Below, piece after piece: positions 1-8,991 of a DNA stretch of 64,000 bases. The position numbers and the translations under genes are program-made. The stretch's first letter is position 1, and the number at the start of each line of letters is the position of its first letter. The notes under the pieces are model-generated. The model searched no databases and was not told the origin of the DNA. It was given only the letters and a program-made list of their open reading frames with translations. Source of the stretch: Anaerolineae bacterium (GTDB taxonomy: Bacteria; Chloroflexota; Anaerolineae; CG2-30-64-16); the NCBI GenBank assembly GCA_034432655.1, contig DAOUBP010000162.1, forward strand, positions 18,827 to 82,826, in the 5' to 3' direction.

Positions 1-7
1 CTGCCTC

Positions 8-16
8 TGGTATAAT
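8..16 (+). promoter_or_regulatory. Extended -10 promoter element (TGgTATAAT) upstream of ruvB
   Basis: Exact TG-n-TATAAT about 45 nt before the ruvB ATG. Confidence 0.6.
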
Positions 17-60
17 TGTACAGAAACTATTTTCAGGCAGGAAAGCCGGGATAGAAAGAC

Positions 61-1086
61 ATGGAACGTACGATAGCGCCGCAAAGCCGGCCGGAAGAGA
101 TCGTCGTGGATGCCGCGCTGCGTCCGCGCACCCTGGCCGAGATGATCGGACAAGACCGCCTGCGCGAAAACCTGGAGATTTTGATCCGGGCCGCGCGGGC
201 GCGCCACGAGCCTTTGGACCATGTCCTGTTCTACGGCCCTCCCGGCCTGGGCAAAACGACGCTGGCCCATGTATTGGCCAATGAGATGGGCGTAGGGCTG
301 AAAGTCACAGCCGGCCCAGCCATTGAGCGCGCGGGCGACCTGGCTGCTATTCTTACCAACCTGCGCCAGGGCGACATCCTGTTCATTGATGAGGTGCACC
401 GTCTGGGCCGGGCAGTGGAAGAAGTGCTTTACCCGGCCATGGAAGACTTCGCGCTGGACATCGTGATCGGCAAGGGGCCTAGTGCGCGCAATATCCGGCT
501 GAAACTGCCGCGTTTCACTCTTATCGGTGCGACTACCCGCCTGGCGCTGATGACTGCACCGCTGCGCGCCCGGTTCGGCGCAGTATACCGCTTCGATTTC
601 TACGACCTGGCGGCTATGGAAGCCATCGTGGCCCGGGCCGCCAAACTGTTGCAGGTCCCGATCACGCCGGACGGCATCGCCGAGATCGCCCGGCGCGGCC
701 GCGGCACCCCACGCGTGGCGCTGCGGCTCTTGCGCCGGGCGCGTGACTATGCTCAGGTGAGAGGCGACGGGGCGATCACCGGTCAGGTCGCCGACGAAGC
801 GCTGGCACTGCTGGACATTGACCCGCTGGGGTTAGACGCGCTGGATCGCGGGGTGTTGCGCCGCATCATCCGCGACTTCCGCGGGGGGCCTGTCGGGTTG
901 GAGACCATCGCCGCGTCCCTCTCGGAGGAGCCGGACACCATTATGGACGTGGTGGAGCCATACCTGCTACAGCTCGGCTTCCTGGAACGTACCCCCCGTG
1001 GTCGCGTGGCCACCCGCCGGGCTTATGAGCACCTGGGCGAGCCCTACCCTGAAACCGGTGAGCAGCCGGCACTGTTTGACCAGTAG
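61..1086 (+). CDS. ruvB: Holliday junction branch migration helicase RuvB
   Basis: [12 protein letters not shown], Walker [45 protein letters not shown]. Confidence 0.98.
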   Translation: MERTIAPQSRPEEIVVDAALRPRTLAEMIGQDRLRENLEILIRAARARHEPLDHVLFYGPPGLGKTTLAHVLANEMGVGLKVTAGPAIERAGDLAAILTNLRQGDILFIDEVHRLGRAVEEVLYPAMEDFALDIVIGKGPSARNIRLKLPRFTLIGATTRLALMTAPLRARFGAVYRFDFYDLAAMEAIVARAAKLLQVPITPDGIAEIARRGRGTPRVALRLLRRARDYAQVRGDGAITGQVADEALALLDIDPLGLDALDRGVLRRIIRDFRGGPVGLETIAASLSEEPDTIMDVVEPYLLQLGFLERTPRGRVATRRAYEHLGEPYPETGEQPALFDQ

Positions 1087-1152
1087 AAAGCGAATTCCCA
1101 GAGGGACCGGGCCTCGCGGCGCAACTTGATCCCTTCGGGCACCAAATGATGT

Positions 1153-2361
1153 ATGAAAACCAGCGACTTCGATTACTATCTGCCCCCGGAACTGATTGCC
1201 CAGAGCCCGATCGAGCCGCGTGACGCATCCCGCCTCATGGTGGTGGATCGCAGCACCGGTACGATCACCCATCGCATCTTTCGCGACATCCTGGAATACC
1301 TGCGCCCCGGCGACCTGCTGGTGGGCAACGACAGCCGGGTGATCCCTGCCCGGCTACACGGGGTGAAGCCAACGGGCGGCACGGTGGAGATCTTTCTGCT
1401 GCGGCCGGCTCTTATCCCCCTCGGCCCCCCTGCTCCTGAACATCACCTTTCGTTTCAGGGGCAGGGAGGAGGTACAGAGAGCCTCTCCCCCTCTGACTCC
1501 GTTTCTTCTGCCGATGGAACTGCTGTCGGCAGAAGCGGGGCCCGGGGGGTGATGTGGGAATGCCTGGTCGGCGGCAAGGGGCTGCGACCTGGGGTACAGG
1601 TGCGCATCACCAGTCATGACGCAGGGCGCGCTATCACAGCCACCGTCCTGGCCGAAACCGAAGCGGGCGGCCGGATTGTGGCCTTCGATCCTCCGGTGGA
1701 CGAGTGGCTGTGGGACGTCGGCGAGGTGCCGTTGCCGCCCTACATTCATACGCCTCTGGCCGACCCTGAACGTTATCAGACGGTTTATAGCCGCATCGAG
1801 GGTTCCGTAGCCTCTTCCACTGCGGGGCTGCATTTTACGCCGGAGTTGTTGCTGGCAGCGCGCGCCAAAGGGGTCAATCTGGCGTTTGTCACCCTGCATA
1901 TCGGGTTGGACACCTTCCGGCCGGTTCAGGTAGAGGATATCGCACAGCACCAAATCCATCGGGAATGGGCTGAGCTGAGCGCGGAAACCGCACGGCTGGT
2001 CAACGAGACCACCCTGGCCGGCGGCCGGGTGATTGCGGTCGGCACCACTGTGGTGCGCACACTGGAAAGCGCGGCCAAGATCGCGCTGGGTTTCAAACCG
2101 TGCGACGAGATTCCGGCGGGCGTGGTCTGTGGATGGCAACGGGTGGCAGCATTTACCGGTGAGACCGACCTCTTCATCCGGCCCGGTCACGTTTTCCGGG
2201 CGGTGGACGCGCTGATCACCAACTTTCACCTGCCGCGATCCACGCTGCTGATGCTGGTCAGCGCGTTCGCGGGGAAAGCATTGATTGACCGGGCCTACGC
2301 CGAGGCGATCCGGGAGCGGTATCGTTTCTACAGTTTTGGGGATGCGATGCTGATCTTATAG
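1153..2361 (+). CDS. queA: S-adenosylmethionine:tRNA ribosyltransferase-isomerase, with ~45-aa in-frame insertion
   Basis: SDFDYYLPPELIAQ, VPLPPYI, YQTVYS, TAGLHFT, VGTTVVRTLES, TNFHLPRSTL, YRFYSFGDAMLI. Confidence 0.97.
   Translation: MKTSDFDYYLPPELIAQSPIEPRDASRLMVVDRSTGTITHRIFRDILEYLRPGDLLVGNDSRVIPARLHGVKPTGGTVEIFLLRPALIPLGPPAPEHHLSFQGQGGGTESLSPSDSVSSADGTAVGRSGARGVMWECLVGGKGLRPGVQVRITSHDAGRAITATVLAETEAGGRIVAFDPPVDEWLWDVGEVPLPPYIHTPLADPERYQTVYSRIEGSVASSTAGLHFTPELLLAARAKGVNLAFVTLHIGLDTFRPVQVEDIAQHQIHREWAELSAETARLVNETTLAGGRVIAVGTTVVRTLESAAKIALGFKPCDEIPAGVVCGWQRVAAFTGETDLFIRPGHVFRAVDALITNFHLPRSTLLMLVSAFAGKALIDRAYAEAIRERYRFYSFGDAMLIL
1412..1552. repeat. Palindromic miniature element inserted in frame in queA
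   Basis: Imperfect terminal inverted repeats (TATCCCCCTCGGCCCC ... GGGGCCCGGGGGGTGA) enclosing hairpins 1428-1440/1454-1466 and 1505-1514/1526-1535 (perfect 10 bp). Confidence 0.7.
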
Positions 2362-2447
2362 GCGCGTGATGCGACTCGGGCAAGCCCCGACGTCTACAGC
2401 CCTTGAACGCAATTTACGGTGTAAGCGACACCTCTCGTCGCGAGGCA

Positions 2448-3215
2448 TCATGCCAGGCCCAACGCCTTCGCCACCTCATCCGGCTTCCAGTCCACGATGA
2501 TCTGCCCCTTGATCTCAAAAGTGGGCGTGGTCTCATAACCCCGCGCCCAGCCGCGTACTTTGGCGGCTGCCGCCCGATCTTTGGAGATGTCCACTTCGAC
2601 GTAGGGGATGTTGCGCATCTGCAGCCAGGCGCGCGCCTGCCGGCAATCACCGCACCAGGGTGTGCAATAGAGGATGACATCGGCCGCGGAGCGCTCTGCA
2701 GGCGCGGCCGCAGCCGCAACGTGCTCGGCCTCTGCCAGTGCTGCCGCAGCTTCCGGCTCCAGCCCGGCCAGGACTTGGAAGAGCTCGTCGTTGTTGGGCT
2801 GATCGCTGATGTCGTGCACATCCACATAGCGGACGATCCCCTGCTTGTCTACGACGAAGATTGCGCGCTCGGTGAAACCCTCTCGTCGCAACACGCCATA
2901 GAGCTGGGCGACCTGGCCGTGGGGGAAGAAGTCAGAAAGCAGAGGATAAGTGATGCCGCCCAGGCTCTCCGCCCATGCCTTCAGACACGCCGTGCTGTCC
3001 ACGCTGAGGCCCAGAACCTGGGCCTTGATCCCTTCGAACCGGGCCAGAGCAGCCTGATACGAAGGGATCTGACTCGTTCAAACGGGGGTCCAGGCCAACG
3101 GGAAGAAAGCCAGCACGACGTTCGCCTTGCCGCGGTAGTCGCTCAAGGAGATTGTGCGGCCGTCGTGACTCTTCAGGGTAAAGTCTGGGGCAATGTCACC
3201 GACTTTTACCGGCAT
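2448..3215 (-). CDS. Selenocysteine-containing peroxiredoxin (AhpC/TSA) fused to a C-terminal glutaredoxin/NrdH-like domain
   Basis: Manual translation from ATG 3215 (RBS GGAGG): [19 protein letters not shown]...[20 protein letters not shown]... stays in frame with the 2448..3002 ORF; TGA is codon 46 at the peroxidatic Cys position; C-terminal YCTPWCGDC. Confidence 0.9.
3027..3069 (-). promoter_or_regulatory. Putative bacterial SECIS hairpin
   Basis: Perfect 10-bp stem GATCCCTTCG/CGAAGGGATC starting 8 nt 3' of the in-frame TGA (3078-3080). Confidence 0.65.
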
Positions 3216-3861
3216 TGTTTACCTCCGAAAAATGGACCAATTTGTGAGCCAACCAATCCCCGATCCCCGAGAGATCCTCGGTTGGCAAGTAATGGCCGGC
3301 GTTGGCATCGAACAGAATCCGGGCCCGGCCGGGGAATTCCTCATCCCCCTCCCAAAGCTGTACCGCGAGCGCCAGGCGAGGTAACGCCTGAAAACGGAAG
3401 AACGCATCTGGGGGCGCCAGGCCGCCGGCCGGCCCGGCGGTCAACACCGTGCCGCCGAGCGCGAGCGCGGCCTGGCGAAAGCCGGCCACGTCGTTCTCGA
3501 ACCGCTGTGCCAACAATGCCTCGGCATGGTTGGCGAACGCCTGGGCATAGAACATGCCGTCAGGCAGCTGCCGGAAGGCCAGCCAGCGGTCGGCCGGGGG
3601 TGTGCCGTCCGCCTTCAGCAGATAGTGCATCAGCACAATGGCAATGGTAACATGCGCTGGCTTCCCTGTGTCTTGCACCCACGCCTCGCCGGCCGGATGG
3701 GTGAGCAAGTGCAGCCGGCCGAAATAGGGAACCAGCACTCCCTCCGCTGTTAACGTGCAACCGGCCAGCGCAGCGCAACGCGCCGGATCGGCTGCGGCCC
3801 AATCGTCGCAAGCGCGGTCGTAAGCGAGTTGGAAACGGCGGTTAGAGTCGAGTTGGGGCAT
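3196..3861 (-). CDS. DUF3786-like protein
   Basis: [56 protein letters not shown] pattern; start could also be 3879. Confidence 0.75.
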   Translation of the reverse strand: MPQLDSNRRFQLAYDRACDDWAAADPARCAALAGCTLTAEGVLVPYFGRLHLLTHPAGEAWVQDTGKPAHVTIAIVLMHYLLKADGTPPADRWLAFRQLPDGMFYAQAFANHAEALLAQRFENDVAGFRQAALALGGTVLTAGPAGGLAPPDAFFRFQALPRLALAVQLWEGDEEFPGRARILFDANAGHYLPTEDLSGIGDWLAHKLVHFSEVNNAGKSR

Positions 3862-3875
3862 GGGTATCGGCGTTC

Positions 3876-5087
3876 TCACAGCCTCGGGTTCGTATACTCG
3901 TTCCCGATCAACTCCCGTGCGATGATCATGCGCATAATGTTCATGCCGCCCTCGGCGCCGATGGAGTAGGAACGGACCCCGCGAATCCCCATCTCGATGG
4001 GGTACTCAGTCGTGTAGCCCATCGCGCCCAGCCAGTTAGCCACCTCGTTGAAGGTCTCAAATGCCATGATGGGCGCGCGCAGCTTGGCCATTGCACCATA
4101 CAAAGCGACGTCACGATGCTTGAATGTGCCCTTGCTGTACATCTCGTCCGCCATCCACGCGGCCTTATAAGTCAACAACCGTGCCGCCTCGATATCGGTA
4201 AAACGCTCGGCGGCCGGGAAGTTGATCCCCTGAAACGCAGCCAGTGGCTTACCGAACGCCTTGCGCTGGCGGATATACTCCACCCCCATCTGCAAGGCGG
4301 TCTCCGCGGCGCCGCAGCAGGTCGCGCCGATCAACGCGCGTGCATAAGTGTAGCCTTCCATCGCGTAGTAGAAACCGCGTCCGACCTCGCCGATCCGGTA
4401 GTGATCGGATAACGGCAGGTTCTCCATGTTGAACCCACCGGTGGAGATGCCGGTGCGGCCCCAGTTATGGATCAGCGTGGTGGTAATGTGCGGGTTATCT
4501 TTGATGGGCACGGCGAAGAAGGTGAAGCCCTTGTGGCCGGCCTCAGGGTCGGTGCGTACCAGCGTCATATACGCGCCGCCCATACGCAGCGATTCCTTGA
4601 TGCCGCTGATATACAGCTTCTCGCCGTTGAGCACCCAGTTGCCGTCCGCAGTGCGTTCGGCCCGGGAGCGCGTTGCGCCCTCGATATCGGAACCGCCGCT
4701 CGGCTCGGTGGACGCAATGCCCAGGAACGCTTTGCCGGCTGTCACTGCAGGCAAGATCTCTTCTTTGAGTGCCTCGCTGGCGTAGCGCTCAAAGACAAAG
4801 CCCCAACTGGCCTGCACCAGGTACATCACCGGGATCGCCAGGCTGATGTCGGCCCGGCCCAATTCCTCGGCCGCAATAGTAGCCATGGTCATGTTCATGC
4901 CCTGGCCGCCGTATTTCTCGGACACCGTCGGCGCCCACAGTCCCATGTCGGCCATCCCCTTGATGATCTCCTCAGGGATGTGATGGCCGCTGTCAATCTC
5001 GCGCACGCGCGGCGCGATCTTCTTTTGCGCAAAGTCGCGCACGGCCTTGCGCCACATCTGTTGCTCTTCGGTCCAACCGAAATCCAT
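3876..5087 (-). CDS. Acyl-CoA dehydrogenase family protein
   Basis: MDFGWTEEQQ, YGGQG, TEPSGGSD, LNGEKLYIS, RKAFGKPL, C-terminal AEGGMNIMRMIIAR. Confidence 0.92.
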   Translation of the reverse strand: MDFGWTEEQQMWRKAVRDFAQKKIAPRVREIDSGHHIPEEIIKGMADMGLWAPTVSEKYGGQGMNMTMATIAAEELGRADISLAIPVMYLVQASWGFVFERYASEALKEEILPAVTAGKAFLGIASTEPSGGSDIEGATRSRAERTADGNWVLNGEKLYISGIKESLRMGGAYMTLVRTDPEAGHKGFTFFAVPIKDNPHITTTLIHNWGRTGISTGGFNMENLPLSDHYRIGEVGRGFYYAMEGYTYARALIGATCCGAAETALQMGVEYIRQRKAFGKPLAAFQGINFPAAERFTDIEAARLLTYKAAWMADEMYSKGTFKHRDVALYGAMAKLRAPIMAFETFNEVANWLGAMGYTTEYPIEMGIRGVRSYSIGAEGGMNIMRMIIARELIGNEYTNPRL

Positions 5088-5106
5088 AACTTCCTCCTTG
5101 AAGTAA

Positions 5107-5167
5107 TCAATGATCAGGTGTCAAGGGTCAGAGGTCGGCCCTGGCTTCTGACCTCTGGCTCCTGTCT
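5107..5167. repeat. Degenerate head-to-head heptamer array
   Basis: TCAGGTG TCAAGGG TCAGAGG followed by complementary-type TGACCTC TGGCTCC units. Confidence 0.45.
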
Positions 5168-5582
5168 ATTCCTGCTCAGCTCCTTGTACCAACGCTTTCA
5201 CCAGGTCGCTGCTGGAGACGACGCCGGCCAGCTTATGCTCTTCGATGACGATGGCGTTCTGGATGCCGACACGCGCCATGAGTTGAGCCACAAAAGGCAA
5301 CCGCAGATTGGGATTCACCACGATCAGCGGCTTCACCATCACATCGGCCACACGAGTGCGCGTGGGAGGCAGCGATCTGGCGATCACGCGGTAGACCACC
5401 TCCTGAAAGGTGAGAATGCCGTAAGCATCATCTTCGTCGGCCCGATCCACAATGGCCACCTGGCAGTTGCACGCCACCATCTTCTCAACAGCTTCCTGAA
5501 CCGTGGCCAGAGGGGAAATGAGGATGAACTCACGGTTCATCACATCTCGCGCACGTAATGAATAGATCTGGTGGGTGTCCAT
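5166..5582 (-). CDS. CBS domain pair protein
   Basis: ARDVMNREF, ATVQEAVEKM, YGILT, VADVMVKP, LAGVVSSSDLV. Confidence 0.88.
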   Translation of the reverse strand: MDTHQIYSLRARDVMNREFILISPLATVQEAVEKMVACNCQVAIVDRADEDDAYGILTFQEVVYRVIARSLPPTRTRVADVMVKPLIVVNPNLRLPFVAQLMARVGIQNAIVIEEHKLAGVVSSSDLVKALVQGAEQE

Positions 5583-5763
5583 AAATCAGGCTCCTTGACC
5601 TGAGGTAACAGGTGATCGTTCGCGTGTACCGGCGTAGCTCTCATCCGCCATGGCCGGCTGTAGACGGCCTCAGTCTAGCACGAAGAGCCGATCTCGACAA
5701 CTTTTATTCACGAACTCAAACCGGACACTGTAACCTTCCCGGGACTTGTGCATCATAAAAATC

Positions 5764-5783
5764 GGCTTGTGAATAATCAAGCC
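5764..5783. promoter_or_regulatory. Palindromic candidate operator in a divergent promoter region
   Basis: GGCTTG-TGAATAAT-CAAGCC perfect 6-bp inverted repeat in the AT-rich gap between the CBS gene and prx. Confidence 0.35.
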
Positions 5784-5844
5784 AACATATTGACCGTTCG
5801 CCGTTGACTGAGAAGTTCTATCCTTACCAGGAGGTTGATCACAA

Positions 5845-6501
5845 ATGGAACCTACACAAGCCACACCTGTATCCCTGCCGCGCCTGAACGAGCCGGCACC
5901 CGCATTCGAGGCCGTCACCACACACGGCGTTATCCGCCTGGCGGACTACGAAGGCTCATGGTTGATCCTGTTCTCGCACCCGGCCGATTTCACACCGGTC
6001 TGCACCACCGAATTCATCGCTTTTGCCGAGATCTATCCCGAGTTGCAAAAGCGCGGGGTAGAGCTCCTCGGCCTGAGCATTGACAGCGTATACTCGCATA
6101 TCGCCTGGCTGCGCAACATCGAGGAAAAGATGGGGGTTAAGATCCCGTTCCCGATCATTGCAGACCTGGACAAAAAGGTCGCAACCCTCTACGGCATGAT
6201 CCAGCCAGGGGAGAGCAACACCGAGACTTCGCGCTGTGTCTTCATCATTGATCCCAAGGGCATCCTGCGCGCGATGATCTACTATCCGCTGAGCCTCGGC
6301 CGCAACATGCAGGAGATCCTGCGGGTCATTGACGGCCTGCAAACCGCCGACAAATATCAGGTGGCTATTCCTGCCAACTGGCATCCCGGTGACAAGGTGA
6401 TCGTCCCGCCGCCGAAGACGATGGAGATGGCCGAGGAACGCCTGGGGGCCGGTTACGAGTGTGTGGACTGGTACCTCTGCCGGAAGACGTTGGAAGGTTG
6501 A
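5845..6501 (+). CDS. Peroxiredoxin (Prx6/1-Cys-type family)
   Basis: FSHPADFTPVCTTEF, GLSIDS, FPIIAD, GRNMQEILR, PANWHPGD, C-terminal CVDWYLC. Confidence 0.95.
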   Translation: MEPTQATPVSLPRLNEPAPAFEAVTTHGVIRLADYEGSWLILFSHPADFTPVCTTEFIAFAEIYPELQKRGVELLGLSIDSVYSHIAWLRNIEEKMGVKIPFPIIADLDKKVATLYGMIQPGESNTETSRCVFIIDPKGILRAMIYYPLSLGRNMQEILRVIDGLQTADKYQVAIPANWHPGDKVIVPPPKTMEMAEERLGAGYECVDWYLCRKTLEG

Positions 6502-6505
6502 ACTG

Positions 6506-6733
6506 ATGGCCTGCGTCAATGCTGATGGCACCCTGACGAAGTCGGCACAAGCTGTCTTGGAGGCGCTGCGGGAACCTGCCACGCCGCCTGAGGTCGCCAT
6601 GAAAACGGGGTTCCCGCTTTATCGCATCCGCAGCAGCCTGCGTGAGTTGAAAGAGGCCGGCCTGCTGGATGAACAGCTCGACGGCCGCTATCATCTAACC
6701 GTTGCCGGGTTGGAACGGATCGGCGCGAAGTAG
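6506..6733 (+). CDS. Small winged-helix protein with N-terminal Cys (MACVNADG...)
   Basis: ATG at 6506 just after the prx stop; TPPEVAMKTGFPLYRIRSSLRELKEAGLL...GRYHLTVAG wHTH pattern. Confidence 0.8.
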   Translation: MACVNADGTLTKSAQAVLEALREPATPPEVAMKTGFPLYRIRSSLRELKEAGLLDEQLDGRYHLTVAGLERIGAK

Positions 6734-6763
6734 CCGCTCACATCCTGCAGGTTGTGAAGTCCG

Positions 6764-6812
6764 GAAGAAATGTTTCGGCGGACAGTTTTGCTATCCGCCG
6801 AAACATTTCTTC
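6764..6812. terminator. 19-bp perfect inverted repeat between convergent genes
   Basis: GAAGAAATGTTTCGGCGGA / TCCGCCGAAACATTTCTTC with 11-nt loop, between the wHTH gene and metF. Confidence 0.7.
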
Positions 6813-6835
6813 GGCCATCTGTTCAGCACGGTTTT

Positions 6836-7819
6836 TTACACCACCGGCCGCGGGTACAACCCCAGCATCTCGCACACCTGCGGCACGGCCGCCGGCCAGC
6901 TCACGGCCATGATGTGGAGGCCGCGCACGCCTTCGATCTCCCGCACCTGGTTGGCGATCTCGCAGCAGATGTCGAGCCCGGCCTTCTGCTGATCTTCCTT
7001 CGACTTCCCTTCCAGCCGCTTGATCACCCAATCCGGCACGTCCATGCCCGCCACTTCGTTCTTCATGTACTCGGCCGCGCGCAGCGAACGCACCGGCCCC
7101 ACCCCGGCCAGGATGACAACTTTCTCGTGCAGTCCCAGGTCCACCACCCGCTTCATGAACTCCCGGAACCGCTCGACGTTGAAGATCAGTTGCGTCTGGA
7201 TGAACTGCGCGCCCGCCACGATCTTCTTCGCCAGCCGATAGGGGCGGTATTCGTACGGCGGCGCAAACGGGTTTTCCACCGCGCCGATGAAAAAGTCGGG
7301 CGCGATCTTGGGGATCGGCTTGCCGTTCTCGAAAACTTGATTGTCGCGCATCATGCGTGCCATGCGGATCAAGTTGATCGAATCCATGTCGTACACCGGC
7401 TTGGCCTGCGGATGATCCCCCCAGATCGGATGGTCGCCGCTCAAGCATAGGATCGTGTTGATGCCGAAGACATACGCGCCCATCATGTCGCCCTGGATCC
7501 CCAGCCGGTTGCGATCGCGACAGGTGAACTGGACCACCGGCTCCATGCCGGCTTGCTTCAGCATGATGCCCACCGCCAGGCTGGAGACATGCACCATGGC
7601 CGATTGGTTATCGGTGACGTTGTACGCGTCGCCGTAGCCCTTCAGGGTCTTGATCTCGCGCTGGATCGCCTCCAGATTCGGGCCAACCGGTGGCGACACT
7701 TCGACGCACACCGGAAAATGCCCTGCCGCAATGACCTTTGCCAGATTGCTGCTCATCCCTTTCAACCCGGTTTGTACCGGAGCGGGTGCCGCAGGCGGAG
7801 TCAGTATAGGTGCGTTCAT
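6836..7819 (-). CDS. metF: Methylenetetrahydrofolate reductase, large subunit
   Basis: VEVSPP, YNVTDNQ, QFTCRDRNRLGIQGD, LCLSGDH, KKIVAGAQFIQTQ; start set at ATG 7819 overlapping the metV stop. Confidence 0.93.
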   Translation of the reverse strand: MNAPILTPPAAPAPVQTGLKGMSSNLAKVIAAGHFPVCVEVSPPVGPNLEAIQREIKTLKGYGDAYNVTDNQSAMVHVSSLAVGIMLKQAGMEPVVQFTCRDRNRLGIQGDMMGAYVFGINTILCLSGDHPIWGDHPQAKPVYDMDSINLIRMARMMRDNQVFENGKPIPKIAPDFFIGAVENPFAPPYEYRPYRLAKKIVAGAQFIQTQLIFNVERFREFMKRVVDLGLHEKVVILAGVGPVRSLRAAEYMKNEVAGMDVPDWVIKRLEGKSKEDQQKAGLDICCEIANQVREIEGVRGLHIMAVSWPAAVPQVCEMLGLYPRPVV

Positions 7820-8322
7820 TTGCCCTCCTGCGGAAGCACTTCGGTCGCATAGCGGATCGTCTTGTCCGAGCCGGTGGTGATCTGATCGCGGCCCAGAGCA
7901 TAGGTGACCCACGATGCCTGGCCTTTGAGCTGCCAGTCCACCGGCGGGTTCAGGCGCAAGATCTCGGCTGCATAGGGTGTCTTCTGGGCACGCTCGATGG
8001 CCTTGACCCATACGCAATCCATCTCCGGTTTGACCTCGCACTTGCCGTCAAGGCGCACGCCTCCGCACGGACCGTTGCGCAGGTTCTTGGGGCAGTTCAT
8101 CGGGCAGGTCATGCCGGTGTAATGCAACACGCACTGTGCGCAATCCTGGCAATTGAAAAGGGCCTTCTTCACGATTTCCTCCGGCACCTTGACAAGCCGT
8201 GAGGAGCGTTCCATGCCCAACTTCTCGAACAGTGGTTTGATCCGCCGCAAAGTCCACGCGGTCGCCTCCCACGCCCAAACAAGAGGGGTGGGGCGGTCTT
8301 GCCAAAAATCTCGTAACGCCAT
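7816..8322 (-). CDS. metV: MTHFR small Fe-S/Zn subunit MetV
   Basis: CQDCAQCVL...CPMNCPKNLRNGPCGG...CEV...CVW; directly upstream of metF. Confidence 0.88.
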   Translation of the reverse strand: MALRDFWQDRPTPLVWAWEATAWTLRRIKPLFEKLGMERSSRLVKVPEEIVKKALFNCQDCAQCVLHYTGMTCPMNCPKNLRNGPCGGVRLDGKCEVKPEMDCVWVKAIERAQKTPYAAEILRLNPPVDWQLKGQASWVTYALGRDQITTGSDKTIRYATEVLPQEGK

Positions 8323-8353
8323 GGTGGATTTCCTTCCGTTGAAGTGCTGAGTT

Positions 8354-8420
8354 GACGAATGACGAGTGACGAATGACGAACGACGAATGACGAACGACGA
8401 ATGACGAATGACGAAGGACG
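8354..8420. repeat. Tandem heptamer array (GACGAAT/C)n
   Basis: About 9 units GACGAAT/GACGAGT/GACGAAC/GACGAAG. Confidence 0.9.
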
Positions 8421-8442
8421 GTGGTTTACCCGATGGCACTCT

Positions 8443-8880
8443 TCAGGCCAGGTCGGCGCCGAAAGGATCGTGTTCTGGCTCGATCGTATACGTTACTTGC
8501 GCTTCACGCAGCCAGGGTTGCTCGGGAACGAGGGTCTTGCGCATGGTATGCAGTTTGGCGACCAGCAATTCGGCATGCTGATAGGCGGCTCGAAGCGCTG
8601 TTTTGTCTTGGATCAGCTTGCGGCGATTGATGATATGCTGACAGGCTACCGATTCAAGCACTGAACGGATCGCCAAACCCAAGAAGCGTGCCTGTTCGGC
8701 ATCAGTTTGACCGGTAGACCCTTCCGCAATGTTGAGCGCCACTGACGTTGCCGCTCTCGTAACCTGCGACTTGAGGTTGTATTCCTCGCTCTTGGGCAGT
8801 TGCGCAGCAATCTGATCTATCAGATCAATATACTCCAACGCCAACCGCCACACCTCAAGCTGCTCGAACTTGAATGGCAT
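8443..8880 (-). CDS. Four-helix-bundle protein (23S rRNA IVP / bAvd-like family)
   Basis: FEQLEVWRLAL, LPKSEEYNLKSQVTRAATSVALNIAEGS, RFLGLAIRSVLE. Confidence 0.92.
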   Translation of the reverse strand: MPFKFEQLEVWRLALEYIDLIDQIAAQLPKSEEYNLKSQVTRAATSVALNIAEGSTGQTDAEQARFLGLAIRSVLESVACQHIINRRKLIQDKTALRAAYQHAELLVAKLHTMRKTLVPEQPWLREAQVTYTIEPEHDPFGADLA

Positions 8881-8990
8881 CTTCGTCCCTCGCCCTTCGT
8901 CTTTCGTCTTTCGTCTTTCGTCCTTCGTCCTTCGTCTTTCGTCCTTCGTCCTTCGTCCCTCGTCCTTCGTCCCTCGTCCTTCGTCCCTCG
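8881..8990. repeat. Tandem heptamer array (TTCGTCC/T)n, inverted relative to the 8354-8420 array
   Basis: About 15 units CTTCGTC/TTTCGTC/CCTCGTC. Confidence 0.9.
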
Positions 8991-8991
8991 T

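Noticed and set aside
2365-2400. GTAG-type REP-like palindrome between queA and the Sec-Prx gene
   Set aside because: Short stem, single copy in the window, no RAYT transposase
2448-3002. Track ORF taken as a complete gene, or the locus taken as a pseudogene
   Set aside because: The upstream frame is an intact Prx N-terminus with TGA at the catalytic position plus a hairpin; Sec read-through fits better
5586-5651. 21-codon minus-strand uORF (MADESYAG...) before the CBS gene
   Set aside because: No RBS and no telling composition; likely chance
8443-8880. Diversity-generating retroelement (Avd-like protein)
   Set aside because: No reverse transcriptase and no template/variable repeat pair seen in the window
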